A stretch of 64,000 nucleotides of DNA from Escherichia coli (GTDB lineage: Bacteria; Pseudomonadota; Gammaproteobacteria; Enterobacterales; Enterobacteriaceae), in the NCBI RefSeq assembly GCF_003334815.1, contig NZ_QOWO01000007.1; one strand, given 5' to 3'. A program made the translations under genes and the position numbers. The notes beneath the pieces were generated by a model. That model made no database searches. It was not told the origin of the DNA and was given only the letters and a program-made list of their open reading frames with translations. Of the stretch, positions 50,514 to 60,402 are shown one piece after another. How positions within the stretch are numbered: the stretch's first letter is position 1; each line of letters opens with the position of its first letter.

Positions 50514-51569
50514 GTGAAAAGTGCAATGACAAGCTCTCCGCTGCGGGTCGCGATAATAGGCGCAGGCCAGGTGGCGGATAAGGTTCATGCTTCGTACTAC
50601 TGCACCCGCAACGATCTGGAACTGGTGGCTGTCTGTGACAGCCGCCTTTCCCAGGCGCAGGCGCTGGCAGAAAAATACGGGAATGCATCCGTGTGGGACG
50701 ATCCGCAGGCCATGCTGCTGGCGGTGAAACCTGATGTGGTTAGCGTCTGCTCACCTAACCGTTTTCATTACGAACATACCCTGATGGCACTGGAAGCGGG
50801 CTGCCATGTGATGTGCGAAAAACCGCCCGCCATGACGCCAGAACAGGCGCGGGAAATGTGCGATACCGCGCGCAAACTGGGCAAGGTGCTGGCCTACGAC
50901 TTTCACCATCGTTTTGCGCTCGATACGCAACAGCTGCGTGAACAGGTGACCAACGGCGTTTTGGGAGAGATTTACGTTACCACCGCCCGCGCCCTGCGTC
51001 GCTGCGGCGTTCCCGGCTGGGGTGTCTTTACCAATAAAGAACTGCAGGGTGGTGGCCCGCTGATCGACATCGGCATTCATATGCTGGATGCTGCGATGTA
51101 TGTGCTGGGCTTTCCGGCGGTGAAAAGCGTGAATGCGCATAGCTTTCAAAAGATCGGCACGCAAAAGAGCTGTGGTCAATTTGGTGAGTGGGATCCGGCA
51201 ACTTACAGCGTCGAAGATTCGCTGTTTGGCACCATTGAATTTCATAACGGCGGCATTCTGTGGCTGGAAACGTCATTTGCACTCAACATCCGCGAACAGT
51301 CGATTATGAACGTCAGCTTTTGTGGTGATAAAGCTGGTGCGACGCTGTTTCCAGCACATATCTACACCGATAACAACGGTGAATTAATGACGCTGATGCA
51401 ACGGGAAATGGCAGACGACAACCGCCATTTGCGCAGCATGGAAGCCTTTATCAATCACGTACAGGGCAAGCCCGTGATGATAGCCGACGCCGAGCAGGGG
51501 TACATCATCCAGCAACTGGTGGCGGCGTTGTATCAATCCGCAGAAACAGGGACGCGTGTGGAATTATGA
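50514..51569 (+). CDS. ycjS: Gfo/Idh/MocA-family oxidoreductase YcjS (reported D-glucoside 3-dehydrogenase)
   Basis: 351-aa ORF with a GTG start and N-terminal Rossmann motif RVAIIGAGQVA. Confidence 0.9.
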   Translation: MKSAMTSSPLRVAIIGAGQVADKVHASYYCTRNDLELVAVCDSRLSQAQALAEKYGNASVWDDPQAMLLAVKPDVVSVCSPNRFHYEHTLMALEAGCHVMCEKPPAMTPEQAREMCDTARKLGKVLAYDFHHRFALDTQQLREQVTNGVLGEIYVTTARALRRCGVPGWGVFTNKELQGGGPLIDIGIHMLDAAMYVLGFPAVKSVNAHSFQKIGTQKSCGQFGEWDPATYSVEDSLFGTIEFHNGGILWLETSFALNIREQSIMNVSFCGDKAGATLFPAHIYTDNNGELMTLMQREMADDNRHLRSMEAFINHVQGKPVMIADAEQGYIIQQLVAALYQSAETGTRVEL

Positions 51570-53833
51570 CCAGGCCAGTAACGTTATCAGAACCCCATTT
51601 CAGCCAGCATACCCTGAACAAGTATGCATCGCTGATGGCGCAGGGGAACGGCTATCTTGGGCTTCGCGCCAGCCATGAAGAAGATTACACGCGCCAGACG
51701 CGAGGGATGTATCTGGCGGGGCTGTATCATCGGGCGGGAAAAGGTGAAATCAACGAACTGGTGAACCTGCCTGATGTCGTGGGGATGGAGATTGCCATAA
51801 ATGGTGAGGTTTTCTCGTTATCCCACGAAGCCTGGCAGCGTGAGCTTGACTTTGCCAGTGGCGAATTACGCCGCAATGTTGTCTGGCGTACCAGCAACGG
51901 CTCAGGTTACACCATCGCCAGCCGTCGCTTTGTTTCGGCAGACCAACTGCCGCTCATTGCGCTGGAAATCACTATTACGCCACTGGACGCCGACGCGTCA
52001 GTGCTGATTTCAACAGGCATTGACGCCACGCAAACCAATCACGGTCGCCAACATCTCGACGAAACCCAGGTGCGGGTGTTTGGTCAGCATCTGATGCAGG
52101 GGAGCTACACCACCCAGGATGGACGCAGTGATGTGGCCATCAGCTGTTGCTGTAAGGTGAGCGGTGATGTGCAGCAATGCTATACCGCCAAAGAGCGCCG
52201 TTTACTGCAACATACCAGTGCGCAGCTTCATGCAGGCGAGACAATGACGTTGCAAAAACTGGTGTGGATCGACTGGCGGGATGACAGGCAAGCTGCTTTA
52301 GACGAGTGGGGCAGCGCGTCGCTTCGCCAGCTTGAAATGTGCGCGCAGCAGAGTTACGACCAACTTCTTGCAGCATCAACAGAAAACTGGCGTCAATGGT
52401 GGCAGAAACGTCGTATCACGGTAAATGGCGGCGAAGCGCACGATCAGCAAGCGTTAGATTATGCGCTTTATCATCTGCGCATCATGACGCCTGCCCACGA
52501 CGAGCGCAGCAGCATTGCGGCAAAAGGCTTAACCGGCGAAGGCTACAAAGGCCACGTTTTCTGGGATACAGAAGTATTTTTGTTACCGTTTCATCTGTTT
52601 AGCGATCCGACGGTTGCCCGAAGTTTACTGCGTTATCGCTGGCACAACTTGCCAGGCGCGCAGGAGAAAGCGCGACGCAACGGCTGGCAGGGCGCGCTAT
52701 TTCCGTGGGAAAGCGCGCGCAGCGGCGAAGAAGAGACGCCGGAATTTGCCGCCATTAACATTCGCACCGGGCTGCGGCAAAAAGTGGCCTCGGCGCAGGC
52801 GGAACATCATCTGGTGGCCGATATCGCCTGGGCGGTTATTCAATACTGGCAGACCACGGGGGATGAAAGTTTCATTGCGCATGAAGGCATGGCGCTACTT
52901 CTGGAGACGGCAAAGTTCTGGATTAGCCGCGCGGTGAGAGTTAACGATCGTCTGGAAATTCATGATGTTATTGGGCCAGACGAATATACCGAACATGTCA
53001 ATAATAATGCATACACCAGCTATATGGCCCGCTACAACGTTCAACAGGCGCTGAATATTGCCCGCCAGTTCGGCTGTAGCGACGATGCGTTTATCCATCG
53101 CGCCGAAATGTTCCTCAAAGAGCTATGGATGCCAGAAATTCAGCCCGACGGCGTTTTGCCGCAGGATGATTCGTTTATGGCTAAGCCGGCGATTAATCTG
53201 GCGAAATACAAAGCGGCGGCGGGGAAGCAAACCATACTGCTGGATTATTCACGCGCAGAAGTGAACGAGATGCAGATCCTCAAACAAGCTGATGTGGTGA
53301 TGCTCAATTACATGCTGCCGGAGCAGTTCTCAGCGGCATCGTGTCTTGCCAATCTGCAATTTTATGAACCGCGCACTATTCACGACTCGTCATTAAGTAA
53401 AGCAATCCACGGCATTGTTGCCGCACGCTGTGGCCTGCTGACCCAAAGTTATCAGTTCTGGCGCGAGGGGACTGAAATCGATCTTGGTGCTGATCCGCAT
53501 AGTTGTGATGATGGTATCCATGCTGCCGCAACTGGCGCTATCTGGCTGGGGGCGATTCAGGGTTTTGCCGGGGTGAGCGTGCGTGACGGTGAATTGCATC
53601 TCAATCCGGCGTTACCTGAGCAGTGGCAACAGTTGTCTTTCCCTCTGTTCTGGCAGGGCTGCGAATTACAGGTCACTCTTGACGCGCAGCGTATTGCGAT
53701 TCGAACTTCTGCGCCCGTTTCACTGCGTTTGAACGGTCAGCTTATAACCGTGGCTGAAGAATCTGTTTTCTGTTTGGGTGATTTTATTTTGCCCTTCAAT
53801 GGGACCGCTACCAAACATCAGGAGGATGAATGA
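51566..53833 (+). CDS. ycjT: GH65 kojibiose phosphorylase YcjT
   Basis: 755-aa ORF of the GH65 maltose/kojibiose phosphorylase family. It has 4-nt overlaps with ycjS and ycjU. Confidence 0.93.
53799..53813 (+). promoter_or_regulatory. LacI-family operator candidate (YcjW site 2) inside the 3' end of ycjT
   Basis: ATGGGACCGCTACCA is identical to 43871-43885. It ends 16 nt before the ycjU ATG. Confidence 0.6.
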
Positions 53834-54489
53834 AACTGCAAGGGGTAATTTTCGATCTGGATGGTGTAATCACCGATACCGCGCATCTGCATTTCCAGGC
53901 GTGGCAGCAGATTGCCGCTGAAATTGGCATCAGCATTGATGCGCAGTTTAACGAATCCCTAAAAGGGATCAGCCGCGATGAGTCTCTGCGGCGCATTCTG
54001 CAACACGGGGGCAAAGAGGGCGACTTTAACTCGCAGGAGAGGGCGCAACTGGCGTATCGCAAAAATCTGCTCTATGTCCACTCACTACGCGAGTTGACGG
54101 TCAACGCTGTTCTACCCGGCATTCGCTCTTTGCTGGCAGATCTCCGTGCACAGCAGATCTCGGTTGGGCTGGCTTCTGTCTCCCTGAATGCGCCGACGAT
54201 TTTAGCGGCGCTGGAGCTGCGCGAGTTTTTCACCTTCTGCGCGGATGCTTCCCAACTTAAAAACTCGAAACCGGACCCGGAAATCTTTCTCGCCGCCTGT
54301 GCAGGGCTGGGCGTGCCGCCGCAGGCATGTATCGGCATTGAAGATGCGCAGGCGGGCATTGACGCCATTAACGCCAGCGGTATGCGCTCGGTGGGGATCG
54401 GCGCGGGCTTAACCGGGGCGCAATTACTGTTGCCTTCAACGGAATCACTCACCTGGCCGCGGTTATCGGCCTTCTGGCAAAACGTATAG
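53830..54489 (+). CDS. ycjU: Beta-phosphoglucomutase YcjU (HAD superfamily)
   Basis: 219-aa ORF with HAD motif [11 protein letters not shown]. Confidence 0.94.
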
Positions 54490-54502
54490 CAAAGGAATCA
54501 AC

Positions 54503-55585
54503 ATGGCTCAGCTTTCGTTACAACATATTCAAAAAATCTACGATAACCAGGTGCATGTGGTGAAGGACTTCAACCTGGAAATTGCCGATAAAGAGTTCAT
54601 CGTGTTTGTCGGCCCGTCGGGCTGCGGTAAGTCGACCACCCTGCGCATGATTGCCGGGCTTGAGGAGATCAGCGGCGGCGATCTGTTGATCGACGGCAAA
54701 CGAATGAATGACGTTCCAGCCAAAGCACGCAATATAGCGATGGTGTTCCAGAACTACGCGTTGTATCCGCATATGACGGTTTACGACAACATGGCGTTTG
54801 GTCTGAAGATGCAAAAAATCGCCAAAGAGGTGATTGATGAGCGGGTGAACTGGGCGGCGCAAATTCTCGGCCTGCGTGAGTACCTGAAACGTAAGCCGGA
54901 GGCGCTTTCCGGCGGGCAACGTCAGCGAGTGGCGCTTGGGCGGGCGATTGTACGCGAAGCGGGCGTGTTTTTAATGGATGAACCGCTCTCTAACCTTGAT
55001 GCCAAGCTGCGCGTGCAAATGCGCGCAGAGATCAGCAAGCTGCATCAGAAACTGAACACCACCATGATCTACGTGACCCACGATCAGACCGAAGCGATGA
55101 CCATGGCGACGCGGATTGTGATTATGAAAGACGGGATTGTTCAGCAAGTAGGTGCGCCGAAAACCGTTTATAACCAACCCGCGAATATGTTTGTTTCCGG
55201 ATTTATTGGATCACCAGCGATGAATTTTATTCGCGGCACGATCGATGGCGATAAATTCGTTACGGAAACGCTTAAATTAACCATTCCCGAAGAGAAATTA
55301 GCGGTTCTGAAAACACAGGAAAGTTTGCATAAGCCCATCGTGATGGGAATACGACCGGAAGATATTCATCCGGACGCGCAAGAGGAAAATAACATTTCCG
55401 CCAAAATTAGCGTGGCAGAATTAACCGGTGCGGAATTTATGCTCTACACCACGGTTGGGGGGCACGAGTTAGTGGTCCGTGCTGGTGCGTTAAATGATTA
55501 TCATGCAGGAGAAAATATCACTATTCATTTTGATATGACGAAATGTCATTTCTTTGATGCAGAAACGGAAATAGCAATTCGCTAA
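54503..55585 (+). CDS. ycjV: MalK/UgpC-type ABC transporter ATPase YcjV
   Basis: 360-aa uninterrupted ORF with Walker A GPSGCGKST, signature LSGGQRQR, Walker B FLMDEPLSNLD and a C-terminal TOBE-like domain. I recall pseudogene flags for this gene in some K-12 annotations, but the frame is open here. Confidence 0.88.
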   Translation: MAQLSLQHIQKIYDNQVHVVKDFNLEIADKEFIVFVGPSGCGKSTTLRMIAGLEEISGGDLLIDGKRMNDVPAKARNIAMVFQNYALYPHMTVYDNMAFGLKMQKIAKEVIDERVNWAAQILGLREYLKRKPEALSGGQRQRVALGRAIVREAGVFLMDEPLSNLDAKLRVQMRAEISKLHQKLNTTMIYVTHDQTEAMTMATRIVIMKDGIVQQVGAPKTVYNQPANMFVSGFIGSPAMNFIRGTIDGDKFVTETLKLTIPEEKLAVLKTQESLHKPIVMGIRPEDIHPDAQEENNISAKISVAELTGAEFMLYTTVGGHELVVRAGALNDYHAGENITIHFDMTKCHFFDAETEIAIR

Positions 55586-55629
55586 ATACAGGGGGAAGGC
55601 ATTCCCCCAGGATAATACAAGGAACAATA

Positions 55630-56535
55630 ATGAAAAAGTTATTACCCTGTACCGCACTGGTGATGTGTGCGGGAATGGCCTGCGCACAGGCCGAGGAAAG
55701 GAACGACTGGCACTTTAATATCGGCGCGATGTACGAAATAGAAAACGTCGAGGGTTATGGCGAAGATATGGATGGGCTGGCGGAGCCTTCAGTCTATTTT
55801 AATGCCGCCAACGGGCCGTGGAGAATTGCTCTGGCCTATTATCAGGAAGGGCCGGTAGATTATAGCGCGGGTAAACGTGGAACGTGGTTTGATCGCCCGG
55901 AGCTGGAGGTGCATTATCAGTTCCTCGAAAACGATGATTTCAGTTTCGGCCTGACCGGCGGTTTCCGTAATTATGGTTATCACTACGTTGATGAACCGGG
56001 TAAAGACACGGCGAATATGCAGCGCTGGAAAATCGCGCCAGACTGGGATGTGAAACTGACTGACGATTTACGTTTCAACGGTTGGTTGTCGATGTATAAA
56101 TTTGCCAACGATCTGAACACTACCGGTTACGCTGATACCCGTGTCGAAACGGAAACAGGTCTGCAATATACCTTCAACGAAACGGTTGCCTTGCGAGTGA
56201 ACTATTATCTCGAGCGCGGCTTCAATATGGACGACAGCCGCAATAACGGTGAGTTTTCCACGCAAGAAATTCGCGCCTATTTGCCGCTGACGCTCGGCAA
56301 CCACTCGGTGACGCCGTATACGCGCATTGGGCTGGATCGCTGGAGTAACTGGGACTGGCAGGATGATATTGAACGTGAAGGCCATGATTTTAACCGTGTA
56401 GGTTTATTTTACGGTTATGATTTCCAGAACGGACTTTCCGTTTCGCTGGAATACGCGTTTGAGTGGCAGGATCACGACGAAGGCGACAGTGATAAATTCC
56501 ATTATGCAGGTGTCGGCGTAAATTACTCGTTCTGA
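55630..56535 (+). CDS. ompG: Monomeric 14-strand outer-membrane porin OmpG
   Basis: 301-aa ORF with signal peptide MKKLLPCTALVMCAGMACAQA, alternating beta-strand pattern and a C-terminal ...GVGVNYSF. Confidence 0.95.
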   Translation: MKKLLPCTALVMCAGMACAQAEERNDWHFNIGAMYEIENVEGYGEDMDGLAEPSVYFNAANGPWRIALAYYQEGPVDYSAGKRGTWFDRPELEVHYQFLENDDFSFGLTGGFRNYGYHYVDEPGKDTANMQRWKIAPDWDVKLTDDLRFNGWLSMYKFANDLNTTGYADTRVETETGLQYTFNETVALRVNYYLERGFNMDDSRNNGEFSTQEIRAYLPLTLGNHSVTPYTRIGLDRWSNWDWQDDIEREGHDFNRVGLFYGYDFQNGLSVSLEYAFEWQDHDEGDSDKFHYAGVGVNYSF

Positions 56536-56548
56536 TAATGGGCTAAAT

Positions 56549-56624
56549 TGCCGGATGCGGCGCGAGTACTTTATCCGATCTATAAATGTAGGCCGGATAA
56601 GATGCGCTAGCATCGCATCTGGCA
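56549..56624. repeat. BIME: two inverted REP units between ompG and ycjW
   Basis: The two units are tgccggatgcggcgcgagtactttatccga and gtaggccggataagatgcgctagcatcgcatctggca. Confidence 0.8.
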
Positions 56625-56645
56625 TTCAGGCAAGGTAGCTGGTAT

Positions 56646-57644
56646 TTATTTCAGCGTCATATGCGTGGCAACGGTAATATTCTGTGGTGACGGTTTTCCA
56701 GAAATTAAGCGGAATAATAACTCGCAGCTTTGTTGACCTAACTCCTGCGTCGGAACATCGATGCCGCCCGGTGCAGGCGTTAAAATAAATGACAGCGTTT
56801 CATTGCTATAACCCACCACCGCTAACTGCTGCGGAATAGCAATATTTTTCTCTGCTGCCGCACGATAAATGCTCATTAATTTCAGGCTGTCAGTGGCAAA
56901 CACCGCCTCAGGCAACGGTGACTGGCTTAATAATTGCCGTGCTGCTTTTAATGCAGTTTCATGGGTATAACCGCCATCAACAATCCATTCATCACGCACT
57001 GCAATATTATGCGCAGCCAGGCTCTGCTTATAACCATTAACGCGATCAACCGAAACATGGACATCAAGCGGAGCATGCAGGCAGGCAATATTTTGATGCC
57101 CACTTTCAATTAATGCATCGGTCAACGCAATGCTGTCGCCAAAATTATCGGTATCGACAGAATAAACATGGGCATATTGACCTTCAACTTTGCCAATCAC
57201 CACCACCGGAATATCATATTTATCGAGTTGGGCAAAAAATGACTCATCCGCTGGCGAACTGAGCATAATAATGCCTTTAATCATTTTCTGCTTAATTTTG
57301 CTTTCGCATTTTTGCAGATCTTCTGCCGGATTGTGCGACGTTTGTAATATCACGTCGAAACCTTCTTCTTCAGCTTTGGCGGTGATGGCATGCAAAACTT
57401 CAGAGAAAAACGGATTACCCGCCGTAGTTTTGGTCGAACGGGTAGAAATCACCATAATGGCATCAAAACCCGAAGAGGTCAGCGCGCGGGCCAGCTTGTT
57501 TGGCTGATACTGTAATTCTTCAATGGCCCGTAACACTTTTTCGCGCGCTTCCGGGGAGATATTAGTTTGCTTATTCAGCACGCGTGATACGGTGGATTTT
57601 GATACGCCTGCAACCCTGGCAATATCATAAATAGTAGGGGACAT
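56646..57644 (-). CDS. ycjW: LacI-family repressor YcjW
   Basis: 332-aa ORF with [24 protein letters not shown] and a periplasmic-binding-protein-like sensor domain. Confidence 0.94.
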
Positions 57645-57717
57645 AGGTCAGGAACTCCGTCCGAACGTGAATGCTGCACATCTTATGGAGTTCGCCGGTC
57701 GATGACAACACGGGCAG

Positions 57718-57745
57718 TTGATAATCAATGGCCTGGCCCCCACAT
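57718..57745 (+). promoter_or_regulatory. Candidate sigma32 (heat-shock) promoter of ycjX-ycjF
   Basis: TTGATA, a 14-nt spacer, then CCCCACAT, which resembles CTTGAAA-N13-15-CCCCATNT. It lies 55 nt upstream of the ycjX ATG. Confidence 0.4.
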
Positions 57746-57799
57746 TCATATCCTTACGAATGATTTTTTTTCTGGTCTTCAGAGCAGCACAGGACAGCA

Positions 57800-59197
57800 A
57801 TGAAGCGACTTAAAAATGAACTCAATGCGCTGGTGAATCGGGGTGTCGACAGACATCTGCGCCTCGCTGTAACCGGACTTAGCCGCAGCGGCAAAACAGC
57901 GTTTATCACCGCGATGGTTAATCAGTTGCTTAATATTCACGCCGGAGCACGTTTGCCGCTGTTAAGTGCGGTGCGTGAAGAGCGCCTGCTGGGCGTGAAA
58001 CGCATTCCCCAGCGTGACTTTGGCATTCCGCGCTTCACCTATGACGAAGGGCTGGCGCAGTTATATGGCGATCCACCCGCCTGGCCAACGCCAACGCGCG
58101 GCGTCAGTGAAATCCGCCTGGCGCTACGTTTTAAATCGAATGATTCGCTGCTACGCCACTTTAAGGATACCTCCACGCTGTATCTGGAAATTGTGGATTA
58201 TCCCGGCGAATGGTTGCTCGACCTGCCGATGCTGGCGCAGGACTATTTAAGCTGGTCGCGCCAGATGACGGGCTTACTCAATGGTCAGCGCGGAGAATGG
58301 TCGGCGAAATGGCGAATGATGAGCGAAGGGCTGGACCCGCTAGCGCCTGCCGACGAAAACCGGCTGGCGGACATTGCCGCCGCGTGGACCGATTATCTCC
58401 ACCACTGTAAAGAGCAGGGGCTGCACTTTATTCAGCCTGGGCGCTTTGTCTTGCCGGGAGATATGGCAGGTGCGCCCGCGCTGCAATTCTTCCCGTGGCC
58501 GGATGTCGATACCTGGGGCGAGTCCAAACTGGCGCAGGCCGATAAGCATACCAATGCCGGAATGCTGCGCGAGCGCTTTAATTATTACTGCGAGAAGGTG
58601 GTGAAGGGGTTCTATAAGAATCATTTTCTGCGCTTTGACCGCCAGATTGTGCTGGTGGATTGCCTGCAACCTCTCAACAGTGGGCCACAGGCATTTAATG
58701 ATATGCGTCTGGCACTGACGCAGCTGATGCAAAGTTTTCACTACGGGCAGCGTACCCTGTTCCGGCGTTTGTTTTCGCCGGTTATCGATAAGCTATTGTT
58801 TGCTGCCACTAAAGCGGACCATGTGACCATCGATCAGCACGCTAATATGGTTTCATTACTGCAACAACTGATTCAGGATGCCTGGCAAAATGCGGCGTTC
58901 GAAGGGATCAGCATGGACTGCCTGGGGCTGGCGTCAGTTCAGGCGACCACCAGCGGCATTATTGATGTTAACGGTGAGAAAATCCCGGCGCTGCGTGGTA
59001 ATCGACTTAGCGATGGCGCACCGCTCACTGTTTATCCTGGCGAAGTTCCCGCACGTTTGCCTGGTCAGGCGTTCTGGGATAAGCAAGGCTTCCAGTTTGA
59101 GGCATTTCGTCCGCAGGTGATGGATGTCGACAAACCACTACCGCATATTCGTCTTGATGCTGCGCTGGAATTTTTAATAGGAGATAAATTGCGATGA
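57800..59197 (+). CDS. ycjX: P-loop NTPase YcjX (DUF463)
   Basis: 465-aa ORF with Walker A GLSRSGKT near the N-terminus. Its stop overlaps the ycjF start (ATGA). Confidence 0.9.
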   Translation: MKRLKNELNALVNRGVDRHLRLAVTGLSRSGKTAFITAMVNQLLNIHAGARLPLLSAVREERLLGVKRIPQRDFGIPRFTYDEGLAQLYGDPPAWPTPTRGVSEIRLALRFKSNDSLLRHFKDTSTLYLEIVDYPGEWLLDLPMLAQDYLSWSRQMTGLLNGQRGEWSAKWRMMSEGLDPLAPADENRLADIAAAWTDYLHHCKEQGLHFIQPGRFVLPGDMAGAPALQFFPWPDVDTWGESKLAQADKHTNAGMLRERFNYYCEKVVKGFYKNHFLRFDRQIVLVDCLQPLNSGPQAFNDMRLALTQLMQSFHYGQRTLFRRLFSPVIDKLLFAATKADHVTIDQHANMVSLLQQLIQDAWQNAAFEGISMDCLGLASVQATTSGIIDVNGEKIPALRGNRLSDGAPLTVYPGEVPARLPGQAFWDKQGFQFEAFRPQVMDVDKPLPHIRLDAALEFLIGDKLR

Positions 59198-60255
59198 CCG
59201 AACCGTTAAAACCACGTATTGATTTCGACGGTCCTCTGGAGGTCGATCAGAATCCTAAATTCAGGGCGCAGCAGACCTTTGACGAAAATCAGGCGCAAAA
59301 TTTTGCCCCGGCCACGCTCGACGAAGCGCAGGAAGAAGAGGGGCAAGTCGAAGCGGTAATGGACGCAGCGTTACGTCCGAAACGCAGCCTGTGGCGCAAA
59401 ATGGTGATGGGAGGGCTGGCTCTGTTTGGCGCAAGCGTTGTCGGGCAGGGTGTACAGTGGACAATGAATGCCTGGCAAACCCAGGACTGGGTGGCGCTGG
59501 GTGGATGTGCCGCTGGGGCATTGATTATCGGCGCTGGCGTAGGTTCTGTGGTAACAGAGTGGCGGCGCTTATGGCGCTTGCGACAGCGCGCCCATGAACG
59601 CGACGAAGCGCGTGATTTATTGCATAGCCACGGCACGGGCAAAGGCCGCGCATTTTGCGAAAAACTGGCGCAGCAGGCGGGTATTGATCAGTCGCATCCG
59701 GCGCTGCAACGCTGGTATGCCTCAATCCATGAAACGCAAAACGACCGTGAAGTGGTCAGCCTGTATGCGCATTTGGTCCAGCCAGTTTTAGATGCCCAGG
59801 CGCGGCGCGAAATCAGCCGTTCGGCGGCGGAATCAACGTTGATGATTGCGGTCAGCCCGCTGGCGTTGGTCGATATGGCGTTTATCGCCTGGCGCAATCT
59901 GCGTTTAATTAATCGCATCGCCACGCTGTATGGCATTGAACTGGGGTATTACAGCCGTTTGCGTCTGTTTAAGCTGGTATTGCTGAATATCGCTTTTGCC
60001 GGAGCCAGCGAACTGGTGCGCGAAGTGGGGATGGACTGGATGTCGCAAGATCTCGCTGCTCGTTTGTCTACCCGCGCAGCTCAGGGGATTGGTGCAGGAC
60101 TTCTGACGGCACGACTCGGGATTAAAGCTATGGAGCTTTGCCGCCCGCTGCCGTGGATTGACGATGACAAACCTCGCCTCGGGGATTTCCGTCGTCAGCT
60201 TATCGGTCAGGTGAAAGAAACGCTGCAAAAAGGCAAAACGCCCAGCGAAAAATAA
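59194..60255 (+). CDS. ycjF: Inner-membrane protein YcjF (UPF0283)
   Basis: 353-aa ORF with a hydrophilic N-terminus of about 70 aa followed by TM segments ([40 protein letters not shown], ...). Confidence 0.9.
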   Translation: MTEPLKPRIDFDGPLEVDQNPKFRAQQTFDENQAQNFAPATLDEAQEEEGQVEAVMDAALRPKRSLWRKMVMGGLALFGASVVGQGVQWTMNAWQTQDWVALGGCAAGALIIGAGVGSVVTEWRRLWRLRQRAHERDEARDLLHSHGTGKGRAFCEKLAQQAGIDQSHPALQRWYASIHETQNDREVVSLYAHLVQPVLDAQARREISRSAAESTLMIAVSPLALVDMAFIAWRNLRLINRIATLYGIELGYYSRLRLFKLVLLNIAFAGASELVREVGMDWMSQDLAARLSTRAAQGIGAGLLTARLGIKAMELCRPLPWIDDDKPRLGDFRRQLIGQVKETLQKGKTPSEK

Positions 60256-60314
60256 TGCAATATCGGGTGCTGACCGGATATCTTTACGCCGAAGTGCCCG
60301 TTTTTCCGTCTTTG

Positions 60315-60332
60315 TGTCAATGATTGTTGACA
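60315..60332. promoter_or_regulatory. TyrR box (autoregulatory) overlapping a -35 TTGACA
   Basis: TGTCAATGATTGTTGACA fits the TGTAAA-N6-TTTACA palindrome. It lies 71 nt upstream of the tyrR ATG. Confidence 0.75.
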
Positions 60333-60402
60333 GAAACCTTCCTGCTATCCAAATAGTGTCATATCATCATATTAATTGTTCTTTTTTCAGGTGAAGGTTC
60401 CC

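Noticed and set aside
57800-60255. Considered whether ycjX-ycjF (NTPase + membrane protein), together with ycjD, marks a phage-defence island.
   Set aside because: There are no flanking integrases, tRNA, direct repeats or other defence genes. The flanks are core housekeeping genes (tyrR, tpx, ycjW) and the locus has a heat-shock-type promoter candidate. It is reported as an understudied stress module rather than a defence system.
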